Positions 1 to 12,899 of a stretch of 64,000 nucleotides of DNA are shown piece after piece (within the stretch, counting starts at the first letter, position 1; each line of letters starts with the position of its first letter). The DNA is taken from the NCBI RefSeq assembly GCF_009914755.1, contig NC_060929.1, one strand, 5' to 3'. A model generated the notes under the pieces. The model made no database searches, was not told where the DNA came from, and saw only the letters and a list, made by a program, of their open reading frames with translations. This DNA comes from the human T2T-CHM13v2.0 reference genome, Homo sapiens. Made by a program: the position numbers and the translations under genes.

Positions 1-580
1 TATTTCTCATAAAGGGTTGCAGCCAGCAGGGTGACCATTCTGACAGGCTGGGAAGTGTAGTTCCTGGCCAGAAGCTGGAAACAGACACTTGGAGGGAGGG
101 CAAAATGAAACGGGAATTTATGCTGAACCCAGTGGCTGAATGTACATACTCCATCAGCTATAGGAGAAGTCATGGATACTTATGAAAGGAGAAAGACACA
201 CATGCCCAATTGAGTTGCATGCCTCTCCCTGGGACCCATGTTTAAAAAATGACAACGTTAACATGATCCAAGGGTGAAGCTTTCAGCCTTCTGATGTCAA
301 AATGTGAAGTAGAGGACTTGAAAGCCCTCACTGCACATCGTCGGTAGACTGGCCAGACCCACTTTGTGGTCGGTGATCTCTCATCAGGAAGGAATGCTGG
401 TAAATTGTGCCAAAACTGGAAAGAGAGGAGCAGCACCAGGCAGTTGCTTGATATCAGCGGTGCAGCCTTTTGAAAGGGATGGTTTCTGTTTAGCCCTTGG
501 GGAAGAAAGCCTAATGGTTATTGAAGGAGGTGATAAAGCTAGGCATGCCCAACCTTCTATCCCATGAAGACCCGAGAACA
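1..580 (-). mobile_element. ERV1 (MER4-group) LTR fragment, runs off the window start
   Basis: Resembles the reverse strand of recalled MER4-group LTR consensus (aaagggttgcagc...gggacccatgtt...ctgatgtcaaaa...gactggccaga). Subfamily not resolved. Confidence 0.55.
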
Positions 581-1126
581 GCACCTATCTTTATCAAGGA
601 AAGTTCCAGAAAGAGAAAGTTTTTGTCTTAGTTTAAGCTTCAAGTCAAATTAAGACGTGAAAAATCAAAATATGAGTAGAATTCAGCCAGGAAAGAGAAA
701 ACATTGTTAAGAACACTTTTGTGGGAAGTTCCACAGACAAGAGAGAGCATCAAATAGTTATGAAAACAAAACACATTCATGAACGTAGAGCTGAGGACGT
801 GCAGGTGTATTTGGAAAGCAAAGCAAGAAATCCTCCTGGAGGTCTGGGGAATATGCAGTTGCTTGTGAGCAGGGCCTCTCATTTGAGAGAAGTCAAAGCC
901 AGTTCAATCTGTTTGTCCCTTAGGCTACCAGGACATTAAAAAATAAAGAAATGTCAAAAGAGGATTATAATAATTATATATTTTAAATGTTTGCACTTAA
1001 ATGAATGCTTCAACACAAGTATATAAACTTCAATGGCTGTGGAAGTAATCTTTTTAGAAATAAAGACATCTAAACATGAGGTCTTTTATTAATATGAGAC
1101 CACCTCCCCCAAAACACTGCATGCAA

Positions 1127-1148
1127 ACACACACACACACACATACAC
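1127..1148. repeat. (CA)n microsatellite
   Basis: Run of ac dinucleotides directly visible. Confidence 0.9.
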
Positions 1149-1294
1149 CCACTGCCCATACAACACCCATGTATGAAGCCTTCCTTGGAAGGAATGATAA
1201 GAATGGGGGACTTTATCATAAGAACTTTGGAAATGTTTGGAAAGAATTGAATCAAGGAAGTAAGATAATTCCATTTGCATTTTATAAATTATAG

Positions 1295-1490
1295 AAAATC
1301 GACTAAAGGGAGGCAGGATTGGGGACAGAAGACAAGATGAAAGCTGTTGCCATCATTTGCATGAGACATGGGAGTGGTCTGGACCAGCACAGAGGCCCTG
1401 GCACCAGCTTTGCATTAGAGAACTATTTGGATGGTAAAATCAGCCAGACCTGATAACCAATTGAATAAGGGAAGTGAGGGAGACACAGAA
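1295..1490 (-). mobile_element. L2 LINE fragment
   Basis: gaggcagg...gctgttgccatcatttgcatgagacatg...ggtctggaccag resembles the L2 reverse-strand motif. Highly diverged. Confidence 0.5.
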
Positions 1491-2139
1491 ATTTGTTTGC
1501 CAATCAAAATAGTCAAGCTGCTTTCAGCTTATAAAAATAACATCATTTCAATAGCATCTTCACTTCCTAGAATGGTTTTATATCCATATAACCTCCACTG
1601 ATTTTAAATCATTAATAATTATAATGTAATGAAGTGATTCATTTTTAAAGTAGCTTGAAGAAATGTGTTGGCTACAAAAACTTCATGGATCTTTTTCCAC
1701 TTTCTAGCATTTCTATGAAGCTGCCATTTTGAGAAGTATTTTGATATTTGTGACCTAATTTTAAAATGTTAGTCCCTCCTACATGTGAATGAGATGTAAA
1801 TAGCTGAACATAAATTCAGACATCATTCAAGCATGCTCTTAACATTAAAAAGTTATTGACAGCAATCATCATAGATGAATGACATATTTATAAATATCAT
1901 TCAAAAATATTAGCAAAGCACTAAGTTTTATTTCCTCAAGATTCACTAATGCTTCTGTCTTTATTAAATTTGAAAAATAAATTTCTATGAAGGATCACAG
2001 CAAACCGTTTTGCCATAAATATCTTTAGAGAAAGGCCACATTCTTCCATAGAGATACGTCACAGCTAAAGGATATATTCAAAGGTTAAATTTCAGAACCC
2101 TAGACCAGGTTTGATTCATGCTGTTTTATAATTGCATGG

Positions 2140-2415
2140 CCCCTGGCTACCTCAGTTGGTTAGGACACCATATTAATGAGGCCAGTGGCAAAAGTTCAAA
2201 TCCCTAGGCAGGAAACTTGTTTTTCTCTGCTTGTGGTGATAGCTGTAATATTTATCCCAAGTCAGGCCTCAGAAATGTGTGTCAACCGTCACAATGTCAA
2301 GAGAGAGTGCAAATGGCTTAATGAAAATCTGTCCTTTCTATTACAAAAACATCTCAAAGCACACACACAACTAATGGGGGGAGATAATGGTGTCACCTTC
2401 AAATACAGAGTAGAA
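2140..2415 (+). mobile_element. MamSINE1-like tRNA-derived ancient SINE
   Basis: Head ctggctacctcagttggttag...taatgaggccag...gttcaaatccc is a decayed tRNA-Ile-like A/B-box region. Body motifs (cagaaatgtgtgtc..gtcacaa, gagagagtg, aaaaacatctcaaagca) match recalled MamSINE1. Confidence 0.6.
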
Positions 2416-4397
2416 TATTCCTCATATTACTACAACAAACAAAGTTCCTGCCAGAAGCAAGTCATAAATGTCACCAAGAATGATGATCTTCAATTAGATT
2501 CCACATGAATAATTTCTTCATTTTTCATCTTTGACCAAACAGCACTAAATTTGCCACTAAGTGAAAACTACGTGAAATGTGCATTTACCTGCTTCCTCCC
2601 TGTCTCTCAAAATTGTTATGAGAATGAATCAGATAGTATCTTGGAGGCATTTTAAAATATAAAATATTAATCCAAATTATCCCCTTCTGACTCAGTAGGG
2701 AAGTAGATATATTCAGTTTTCACAATACAAAAGCAATGGGCAACATGCAATTCGGCCTCAAACAACAGGCAATTCAGAAAGGGATAACAGAATTTCAAGC
2801 CCACTATTGGAGTGGAACAATTGTTTGAATGAGTTAAGTGATCAACTGTTAGCATAATGTAGACAGAGACATTAGTAGTACTGACAGAATCATCCCTAGA
2901 TGTTCAGTTTAGCAATATTCACTTTTGAGTAAAATCCAGAAGATGGTCAGCCCACATTGAAACCTATCTAGAAGGTTCAATGGCTTTATTAAAAAAAAGT
3001 CTCACTGGAACACATCAAAAGTCCCTCTTGTGATGTAGGGGCTGAAAGAAGTTCTGCAAGAGATACCTGACCAGCTAGCGAAGTGGCTCTGGAGGTGGGG
3101 CTTTATGTAAAGAAAGAAAAACAGAGGACAGGAATTACACAGGTCCAGGGTCTGGCCTTCAGATTTTTTGTTGGCTGAATCCAAAAGCCAAAGTTCAAGA
3201 AGTCACCCTTGAATTGTCCTTTTCACACATGTTTAATCATTCACTCTAATTATTCTTCTCACCCATGTCTCTACTTCTTAAATGTTACTCAAATCCATTC
3301 ATTTCACTCTAGCCCCTGCTTTCTGTTCTTCTAACACCCCATATCTTTTGTTACTCCTGGAATGCTAAAAAGAATCCGTGAAGGAAACTGAAATCTACAC
3401 AGAGGTTTTTTGTATTTTTTAAAGAACCTCAAAACCATCAAATTCACAGGAACATTTAAGAATCAGAATGGTGATGACTTATTTGTTATCTTGCACCAGG
3501 AGAATGATCCACATCCCTCATTTGCTTAGGAAATTCTCTCCTAGTAGGCAAGCCTGCTGAGAAACCAAGAGGTTATTTCATAAACACAGAGTTCAACTAA
3601 AAAGTGTTGGAAGTCTTAGGGGCCACTTCCACCAAGTCAGAGTAATCGTATGCTTTGTAGTCCTCCTTTCTAACTGAAGGAGCCATGAAGGTGAGCCATG
3701 GAGGTGGGGTGGCAGGAGATTGATCTGACCCACATATAGATAAAGAGGTGAATAATGTTGTCCGGCACTGTTCCTCAATGCTCAATCCTTCGCGGAAGGA
3801 TATTTGTTTACAGGCAATGCATTAGCCTCAGTCCCCTCTTCCGCAAAGCAAGAGAATAAGCTATGGATTCTCTAAAGTCTTTTAGATAGGCATCCTTTCC
3901 AAAGTAGTAGAAGCTAAAAGTTGAATAAAAATCAAGAGCTTTGCCATTAAATAATTTATTAATATATTTCTCTAGACAACCAGAATGAAAAGTCCTGTCA
4001 CCAGAAGTCTCATGATAGAATTTCTTTCTGTGCTTTTCTGATTATACTCTGGGAAGGTGAGCATGAGTATCTTAGTTGGCTTAATTAGAAGTGAGAGTGT
4101 CAAGAGGCAACATACATTATTCTTTCTTTTAGGTTTGAGCACTAATTATAACATATAGCTTTTCTAGAAAATTTGGAAACAATTTTCCCTACATGTTTAT
4201 AATGACAACTTTTTCCTTTCTTCTGAATATCCCAAACTGAAATACCACCTGGTATAGAAAAAAAGTTGGCCTTATTTGCTATAGGGGAAAGTGAATAGCA
4301 TTTTATTTATTAAAACAATCAGAGATCTAGAATGATAAAGGAAAATGCTCCCCTTTGTTATATGGGAAGATAAATTTGGTAATAGCATTCTATAAAA

Positions 4398-4927
4398 CAG
4401 CAGTCCCCAACCTTTTCAGCACCAGGGACCAGTTTTGTGGAAAACAATTTTTCCATGGACCAGGGGTCAGAGGGATAGCTTCAGGATAACTCAGGCACAT
4501 TAAATTTATTCTGTACTTTATTGTTTTATTATTACATTGTGATATACAATGAAATAATTATACAACTCACCATAATGTAGAATCAGTGGGAGCCCTGAGC
4601 TTGTTTTCCTGTAACTAGACAGTCCCATAAGGGGATGATGGGAGACAGTGACAGATCACCAGGCATTAGATTCTCATAAGGAGCACACAACCTAGATCCC
4701 TCGCATGCACAGTTCACAATAGGGTTTGTGCTCCTGTGAGAATCTCATGCTGCTGCTGATCTGATAGGAGGCAGAGCTCAGGCGGTAATGCAAGTGATGC
4801 AGGGAGGCTGTAAATACAGATGAAGCTTCACTCACTCACTGGCCACTCACCTCCTACTTTCAGTCTGGTTCCTAACAGGCCATGAACTGATGATACCAGT
4901 CTGTAGCCCGGGGGCAGGGGACCTCTG
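4398..4927 (+). mobile_element. MER1A (hAT-Charlie non-autonomous DNA transposon), full length
   Basis: Starts cagcagtccccaaccttttcagcaccagggacc and ends ggggacctctg. ~530 bp, followed by the Charlie-type target ttctagaa. Confidence 0.9.
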
Positions 4928-5049
4928 TTCTAGAACACTAGACTCCTGTAATACATATTAGATCTTTCTTCCTTCTGCCCCTGCCATGTCAATAACAAAG
5001 GCTGATCTTGGAATGGAACCAGACAAAGGAAACCTACCTGGAGTGCTGT

Positions 5050-5225
5050 AAAGGAAGAAATTTAATTATTATAAAGCTGGAGAGATTTCAATTGGGCATA
5101 AGGAGAAATTCATCATCATTGCTATAATACAATATGGGAATAGGCCAATCAGAGCTCATGCAGTTTCTATCCTTGGAAATTCTCTTTAAAAGTTAAAAAA
5201 AAAAAAACACTCTGCCTGGGGTCCT
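5050..5225 (+). mobile_element. L3/CR1 3' fragment
   Basis: gagagatttcaattgggcataaggagaaattc...tttctatccttggaaattctctttaaaa resembles the CR1/L3 3' region. Confidence 0.5.
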
Positions 5226-5774
5226 TTGTTCATTCATCCATTCATTCATTCATTCCCTTTATAGGAATGACTGATTTACTCAATAACAGATTGCCTAAAT
5301 ATGTACAAAGCATACTTCTCAGTCACAAGATAGGAATCATAATCATGTGGTCTCCTTAGGTTTGTAACATTTCTCAAATGTTATGAAGTGCTCATGCATA
5401 CAAATATGGAAAGATTGGCTAAGAGAAGATTTTCGAAAGAAATATTTTTTAAGCAAAGACAGACTAATCCTGTTGCTGATAATCATACGTGGCTCTTTGT
5501 AATAAATAACATTTCTGAGAAATGAGTGTAGGCTGTGCTGTGTAATTTACTTCAGAAGGGGAAATGACCTCTGAGGCAGTGACCTTCCATCACCAAAGTT
5601 ATCCAAAATTTGGATGACCATCTGTCAAATAGGTGCTCATATTTTGTTTGAAGGGAATATCTACCTCTAAAGGGTGTTTTCAATGAAAACAAAACAATCA
5701 AATTGTTGCGTAGCAATCTTAATTGGGGACACTCTAAAAGATAGACAATGTCAGGGCCATTGAATGCATGAATG

Positions 5775-5827
5775 CACACACACAGGGCCACACTCACACC
5801 ACTCACACTCACACACACACTCACACA

Positions 5828-5858
<31 letters not shown>
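5775..5858. repeat. Compound (CA)n(CT)n(CA)n microsatellite
   Basis: Directly visible. Confidence 0.9.
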
Positions 5859-7079
5859 CCCAGAAAAGAATTAAGCTTGATCTGAAAGTACTAGTTTGCT
5901 TCCTACTTTTAAAGTTAGGGAAACTCATGCCTAATTCATGTGTAGACACCTTAACGAGGAGATTCAGGAGAACAAGTGGGGTGGTTATTTGACAACCTAC
6001 ATGGCACAGGCACTGGCTAATCAGAACGGGTTGGAGCAAGATCTCAGTACCCCTTGCTGTGACAAATGTTGACCCTTATTTGCTAGATCCGGGGATATCC
6101 ACGGGTGCCTGAGAGCCAAAAAAAAAAAAAAAAAACTGGGCACAAGACAACTTACAGGACTTTGGGGACAATGGCTATCTATCAACTGGTTCAGAAATAT
6201 TTTCTAATTTTAAAAAGCAACACTACCATAATTGAAGACTATGGGTAGGCTATCAGTCCTGGAAGCAACTACTAATGTGAATCCAAATACCACCACTGCC
6301 ACCACACTAATCCTCTTTCCTGACAGTGAGTTTGAACGGAAAGAAGGAAAAGGGACAATCTCTTTTGACTTCTCCAGGTTCTTCCTTCTCTTCTGTGTGA
6401 CATATTAATAAATGGGGATACAACAGGCAGGGCCCCACAACATGGCAGGGAAGATGGGCTGGAAGTTCTCATACAAACAGAGACTTCAATGACTCCATTC
6501 AAACAAAAGAAACCCCCACAGTTTGTTTTGGAAATGGTGATGTTTTATCTTACTTTGTACAGTAATGCCTATGATAATTGGCATTGTAATAGAAGCTGGA
6601 AAAATAGCCTAACTTAGAGGTTAAAGGAAGTACAAATTAGGAGTTGGAGAGAAGGGCCAACTTTTTGTGTTAAGACCAGCACAATTCCAAGTGTCATTGT
6701 CCATCTAGAAAAAGGTAAGAAAGAAAAAGTTCCACACAATACAGTCACTAGGTTGGGTGGGAACAAAAGTACATGAGAATGAGATGATGTTGGCAATTTT
6801 TGTGTAGCTACTACACCTGTCACTCTAGCTTCACCCATTCACTCATCTATTCAGAATATATTGAACCCCTTCCATTTAACTCTTTAACTGCACTTGCAGA
6901 AGTCTTCTGTAAGCTGAAAAGCACCATATTGACGCTTGTTTTTGTTACTACAGGCAATTGATTCCCCTGTGAGGCAAGAATCATGTTATAGCCTTTGATA
7001 AAACTAATTCTAATTATACAAGTAACAATAAATCCATTCCTCTTTTAAAAAAGAAAAAAATTAAACATTAAAGAAAAAG

Positions 7080-7216
7080 TGGAATGACTATATGATTTAT
7101 TATCCAAACTGGGACACTCTTAAGAATGAACGGAAGGATATTAATAGTTATACCAGGACATCGGGTATAAACTGAGACAGACAGGCCAGACAAATTGGGA
7201 CATTGTGTTACAACTC
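7080..7216 (+). mobile_element. MER94 (hAT-Blackjack MITE)
   Basis: tgactatatgatttattatccaaactgggacactct...ccaggaca...aattgggac matches recalled MER94, ~135 bp. Confidence 0.7.
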
Positions 7217-8459
7217 CTCTTGAGAACACCATGCCTCCAAAGTCTGGTTCTTCTGACCTTTCCAAAGGTAATTACTGTTACTATTTAAGAAGGGTGACAA
7301 TTTGAGAGCATTTAAATTTCACAGGGTGCTTGACAGAAATCCAGAGAACTTTTTGTAGAGTCAAGAGAGATAAAATTGGAGAAGAAAAACACAAGTAAAA
7401 GTCCTTCCCAGAATGTGACCCATCTTCAGCTCACAGTTTTTCCTAGGAGATTACTTCTCTGAGGCTCACTCCCACACTTCTCACTTCGAGGCCCTTCCTT
7501 CTAGCAAATTGTAGTTCCCCTTACAAAGGTCTAGCTCTCCTCATTTGGCTTTACGAGATATTGGCAAAAGAGATTCACCCTTCTATGGGCAGTCTCTCAG
7601 AAACCTCTCTAATCAATACATTTTGTGTTTTGCATGGTCTTGATAGACTATTATTTCTACTTTTTGAAATAAGCCACTCAAGATAGTTCTCCACCAAGAT
7701 TGTATTTTAATTGTAATTGATGCAGAGATTCACTTAAATTTGGGAAAGAAAATTATTCCTAACTCTTTATGTTCTCACGAGAGCAGAGAATATGCATCAA
7801 CACCTCAGAAGGAAAATTATTGAGGAAAACTGCCCTCCACCCTTCACTCGTTGCTCCTACAGGGAGGAGAAAATAGCTGGTGGATGAAATCAGAAGATGA
7901 GAAGGAAGCAATGCCAGGTTCAGCCCCCTCAGAGATGAGGTCCCCTTCTGCAAATCAGACATTCTGATCAGCTAAGGAAAGAAGCTCACCTGTGATTGTT
8001 CAGCTGAATCTGGGACAGCTGGAGTAAGTCTTTTGAATTCAGGAGGAATTCAGTCCACATTTAAAACCATGTTTTCCCATCAGCTTTATCAATAATAAAG
8101 CCAGCTTTCCTTTTATTCCCCATCTGTCTTCTTTAGCCCATCTCTCTACTGGCTCCAACATCTGAACAGAAAGATGAGTGTCATTTATTGAAGCTCCACA
8201 TGTAGCTCGGATTGATGAGGTTTCATAAAAACTCTTCTTTGTTGGCAATTACCATGTGAAGGGGAGGCAGTGGAGGATTCTGATTCACGTATACTGTTTT
8301 TCTTGATCCCTTGGTGACTAATAGCACACACATTTGCATGCAGTTCTCAGGGTCAATTGTGAGGCCCGGGATTACAGGATGGAGATTCTTCTATTTACAG
8401 CAGATAGCCATAGAGAGTAGAAACTTGTAATCCTGCATTTATTAGCATCACACACCACT

Positions 8460-8590
8460 ACAGTGGTTCCTAACATTTTCAGAGCCATAGACTACTTTGA
8501 TTATCATGAAGATACAGAAACTCATCACAGAAAGATGCACCTATTACGATATTCAAAAAGTTTGACATCCAATCTTACCAGGTTCCCAGT
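8460..8590 (+). mobile_element. Degenerate hAT-Charlie-type DNA transposon fragment
   Basis: Begins with cagtggttcctaac, a Charlie-type TIR. The body is only loosely similar. Confidence 0.4.
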
Positions 8591-9449
8591 TTCCTCGAAA
8601 TAAATGATCAACAAATCCTGCATCTTGTTCAGATGAGTGCATGACCCAACAGCCTCACCTCGAGCTGGTTGGCAGGAAAGAACAGAATCTGGACCCTTAA
8701 GTAGGAAGAGCTCATTAGAGACAAATTCTAATTTTAGACTAAGGAAATAGACCTCTAACAAAGTTGTTTAAGGTTGTGATGTGCAAATCCCTTTAAGCTC
8801 CTTAGGATTGTTAATATTTTAAGTGCATAAGGCCCATTTTCCCTCATGCAGAAACCCCGGAAGTCTTTCCATCCCAAAGCTGTACCTCCTTTGTACTCAT
8901 TTACAATATATGTGGAAAAGCAAGGGACCTAATATAAATTCCTTCTGTTTCTGGAACAATTGACCTATCCTTATGAGGATAGCTGATGTAGGTTGCTGTT
9001 TTAAAACAAAAAGAAACCAAATGTAAATTTTTTTTAAATGTATTGAACACAGTGCCAGAGTGTAGTAAGTACCCAGTAAATGATAATTATCCAGCACGGG
9101 AAGAAAGAGGTGCATTTAAAAAAAAATTTTTTAAACCCACCATTGTTTGTATTTATTACAACTACACATTTTACGTAGACATATCATTATATGCAAATCA
9201 GTTACTACCCTGAGGCTCTGGGCAGGTAGCCAAAGTGATTCTAAGCCACACAGACCAGACATCTATGTCATGTGACCACACATACCTGACAAGGACATTA
9301 AATCATCTTGTCACATCGTTGCCTTTCCTTGCCTGTATTTCTTTCCCTTTAGTCAGCAGAAATTAAGTCCTTCCTAATTTCCTGTTAGTTTTTTCATGAC
9401 CGTATAAATTGGTCCTTCCTTTCATGACCATAAAAATTGGCTCTTTCTT

Positions 9450-9663
9450 TCAACATTGTCACTCTTGAGATTTGGGGCACAATCAGTCTTTGTTGTGGAG
9501 ACTGTCTAGTACATTCTAGCATGTTAGCAGCATCCCTGGTCTCTGCTAAATGCCAGTAGCGCCTCTCCCCTCCCCAGCTGTGACAACCAAAATGTCTCTA
9601 GATCTTCTCAAATATCTCTGCGAGGCAAAAAATCACCCATGTCCCAAGTGGAGCATAACCACT
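9450..9663 (+). mobile_element. MER20 (hAT-Charlie)
   Basis: tttgttgtggagactgtc...gcagcatccctggtctc...gctgtgacaaccaaaatgtctctaga...aaccact is a typical MER20 body. Confidence 0.8.
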
Positions 9664-9724
9664 TTAAAGGAAGCTGCCAGAAAGCAAGAAGCTAAATTAA
9701 ATTTAAATTTGAGAAAGTAGCCAA

Positions 9725-10454
9725 TGATACGGGCAGGAGACAGGGAAATATTGGGTGGAAGAGGGTGGTTCCCTAACAAAGGTCCCACCCCCAAGCCTGG
9801 ATACCCAGGGCCCTAAGTGAGAACATGTATTTCTGGTTTTGCACCCAAAAAGTTGCCTTTTGGCCCACCATGCCCCCTATCTTGCACCCATATAAACCCT
9901 GAACCCTCCAGAAGCAGACAAGCAGATGGGGAGATGAGGAGACTAGCAGATTAATGGCATAATGGTGTGGCAGAGAAGGAGAGGAGAGAAGGAACATTGG
10001 GAGGGGTTTGGCTGGGGACTGTTGGAGAATCAGCCACTGGATGGCCAACCTCCAGGGGAAGATTATCTTCCCACTCCATCCCCTGTCCAGGTCCCCATCC
10101 ATCCTGCTGACAGTCACCTCCATTACTCAGTAAAACCCCTGCATTTGTCCTTCAAGTCCGTCTGTGACCCGATTCTTCCAGTATGCTGGAAAGAACTTGG
10201 GATACAGAAAGCTGTCACACTTGCTGTCTGCACTTGCAAAAATGCAGAGGGTCCACTGAGCTGCTCAACACTTAAGCACACTGTAACACGAGCCCACTGG
10301 GCTTTGGGAGTCACAGACACGCAGCCCTAGACAGTTCCTGCACCTGCCCATCTGCATGCTCCACCTCCCATAAGGGGTTTGAGCTCATGGCAGGTGAACA
10401 GAGAACCACACCCCTGTTGTGAGGGGGACCAGACCAGGGAACCCTCCCATTTCA
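9725..10454 (+). mobile_element. LTR1-family solo LTR (ERV1)
   Basis: TG...CA termini (tgatacgggcaggagacagggaaata...cccatttca), TATA-like catataaa near 9890, 4-bp TSD ccaa/ccga. Confidence 0.8.
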
Positions 10455-10660
10455 CCGAGAGTTAAAGAGCCCTAAGAGGACTAGCTGTTTGTTTTCTCCT
10501 CAATGATTTCCTTCACCCAGATGGCCTCTTTGTATGCACATCTCTGGAAATTCTTCCTTACAACCCTCTAATCTCTGCTGCTTTGCTTTAGGACTATTTC
10601 CTCTTGTGATCCACTGTACCATCATTTCTGTTTCTCATCTGTTTTGTAGTAGACGCACTC

Positions 10661-10728
10661 TATGTTCATAGGAAATATCATATTTATTTCATTCTGTGTT
10701 CATAGGAAACACCATATTTATTTCATTC
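10661..10728. repeat. 34-bp tandem duplication (2 copies, 31/34 identical)
   Basis: tatgttcataggaaatatcatatttatttcattc followed by tgtgttcataggaaacaccatatttatttcattc. Confidence 0.9.
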
Positions 10729-12899
10729 AGACAAATGATCAATGGCCGGGTTTTCTTAATGAAAGAAGATGGCAGTGACTGGGAAGGAACTGGGGAAGTT
10801 GTTTAAGTAAATGTACCCAGTCAAGGTAAATTTACGTGTTAGCATAGTTGTTGGCCCAGTGATTGCAGAAAGTTATTTGCAAAGTTGGGTAACTTGGAGA
10901 TAGCCCTGAGACTGCCAATGATGCATCCACAGAATCAGATTTTAGCCAAATGGAATATGGGGGAAAGGTTTCCAGTGTGCTGCCTTCTGCAATACTCTCA
11001 TTCAAATTCTCTCCATCTCACTAATTTATGGCAGAGCTCCATGCAACTCCAGAGCCAACATGCAATCGAGCAGCTCATTAAGAGCCACCAGGGAGTATTT
11101 AGGAAACATGCAAAAGGAACAATTCTTTTATTTCCTTTCCCTAGAGCCTTATTTCTACTCTAAGGTTCTCCATTTCTTCTAGTTTGAACAACTAAAAATT
11201 GGCTTGAAAAAACTTGCCACTACGATTCATCTCTGAGCTAGTTTTTTCTTTTATGTTTCCTGAGCTGTATGTGATTCAGTTCTGATTCCAAATTCCAAAT
11301 GAGCAAAATGAACTCATATTCTTCATCTACAATTAAATAATTCATTTCTCTAATTCTAAAGCATCCAATTCAAATAGTCAAGTTGATAGGAACTCATCTC
11401 GTGTATTCATTAGAAATTCACCTTTCCTTCTCCCTCTTCATTTATGATGTTGCCTTCCACAGTTTTAGTCGTTGTTTCAGTGCATGCTGAACAGACACAA
11501 TCAATACCTCATTAAGTTATTTCAAATTGCTGAACTACAGCTGTTTCAGAGCATGAGCATAAAATATAGTTTCATCAATAGAAACCCAGGCTCTGGCTAC
11601 ACAGAGATGAAACAATTGGGTAATTTAGTCAATTTTAAAAAAAAGTTAAATGGGTTGTTTGCTATTGGATAGGCCAAACAATAATTTGCCTAATTATTTA
11701 AATCATTTATTTTTGTCACATACACAGGCCATAGAACCCATAGAGACTGCCATGATTTTTCCAGTTCACTTCTTTGATTCTTTTTAAAAATATAAGTAGA
11801 AGAATGCCTGTTTTATTCTTAAATGCTGCCAAAAAATTTCCTTCCAATTGTCCAAGACCACAGTCTTTCCTCATCTGACTTAAGCATGAGAGTACCTGGC
11901 CACTAATCACTGAAAACTGGACACTTACTATAAGTCAAATCCAAGGTTAGGGAATTTTTGGAAAGATTATAATATATGGATACTGAATCCAAATAGTTCA
12001 TGATCTAGATGGGGAGTCAAGACTACAACACTTTTTTGTTTTGGGGGGAAAAAACAAAACCAGCCAACAACTCAAGATAGACTATAAATTATTGGTAAAT
12101 AATGTGAGTTAAAGACTAACATTGGAGGAGTTCAAAGAAAAGAAAATTATCAAGAGATGACAACATTTTTTTAAAAAACTTGTTAGTAATAAAGTCTTTA
12201 TCTACATTCCAAATAGATTATATATGCTGTATCTAAAACAGTATTTTTATATATTAGGAGAATGCATCCATTTTGTTAGCACATTAGTCCAAGCATTACA
12301 AATTAAATTTATGCATCTAGAAGTATGTGCTACCTAGAGATAAAATGGACTTATAACCATAAAACAGTCCAAGAACCAGAATAAGTCAAGGATTTGACTA
12401 CTTCTGGCTGATAAATAGCTCTAAATTGTCCTAATTCTTTAGAGTAAATAAAGTAACTTCATTCTCAACAACAGCAAAATACAGCCGAAGTCTGGGTGGA
12501 AGATTCTGGGAGCATTTAATCTACAAAAGGCTATGAAAGGTACCAAGTGATACCATAGAGCCCTCACACAGCATTGCTTAGATTGCAGATCCCTAGATGC
12601 CAAGTACCCCGCTCCCAGACTACTTTCCCTTGACACTCTTCCACTACTTCCCATTCCTTTTTCAATGCTGATATTCCTTTCTATCTTATTTTCCTTCTAT
12701 TCCAATTATTTTTGAAATGTTATTTGTGTTGAACTAAACATACATTCAGAAAAAGTATATGGATGTAAACAAATAAATCAGTTAATTTTCATATATAAAG
12801 TGAACAAAACATGTAATTGTAGGGGAGAGAATAATTTTTCTGCTACTCTTCTGAGTTCTTAGCTGGGATCCCTGTAACAAAACACAGATTAAAACAGAA

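Noticed and set aside
2143-2212. tRNA-Ile-like gene
   Set aside because: Stems and B box are degraded and the sequence continues into a SINE body, so it is a SINE head, not a functional tRNA.
3597-3785. 62-aa minus-strand ORF that looks protein-like
   Set aside because: Non-ATG start, no recognisable family, and a length expected by chance.
3985-4041. ATG-initiated signal-peptide-like start MKSPVTRSLMIEF...
   Set aside because: The frame hits TGA at 4039-4041, before the splice donor.
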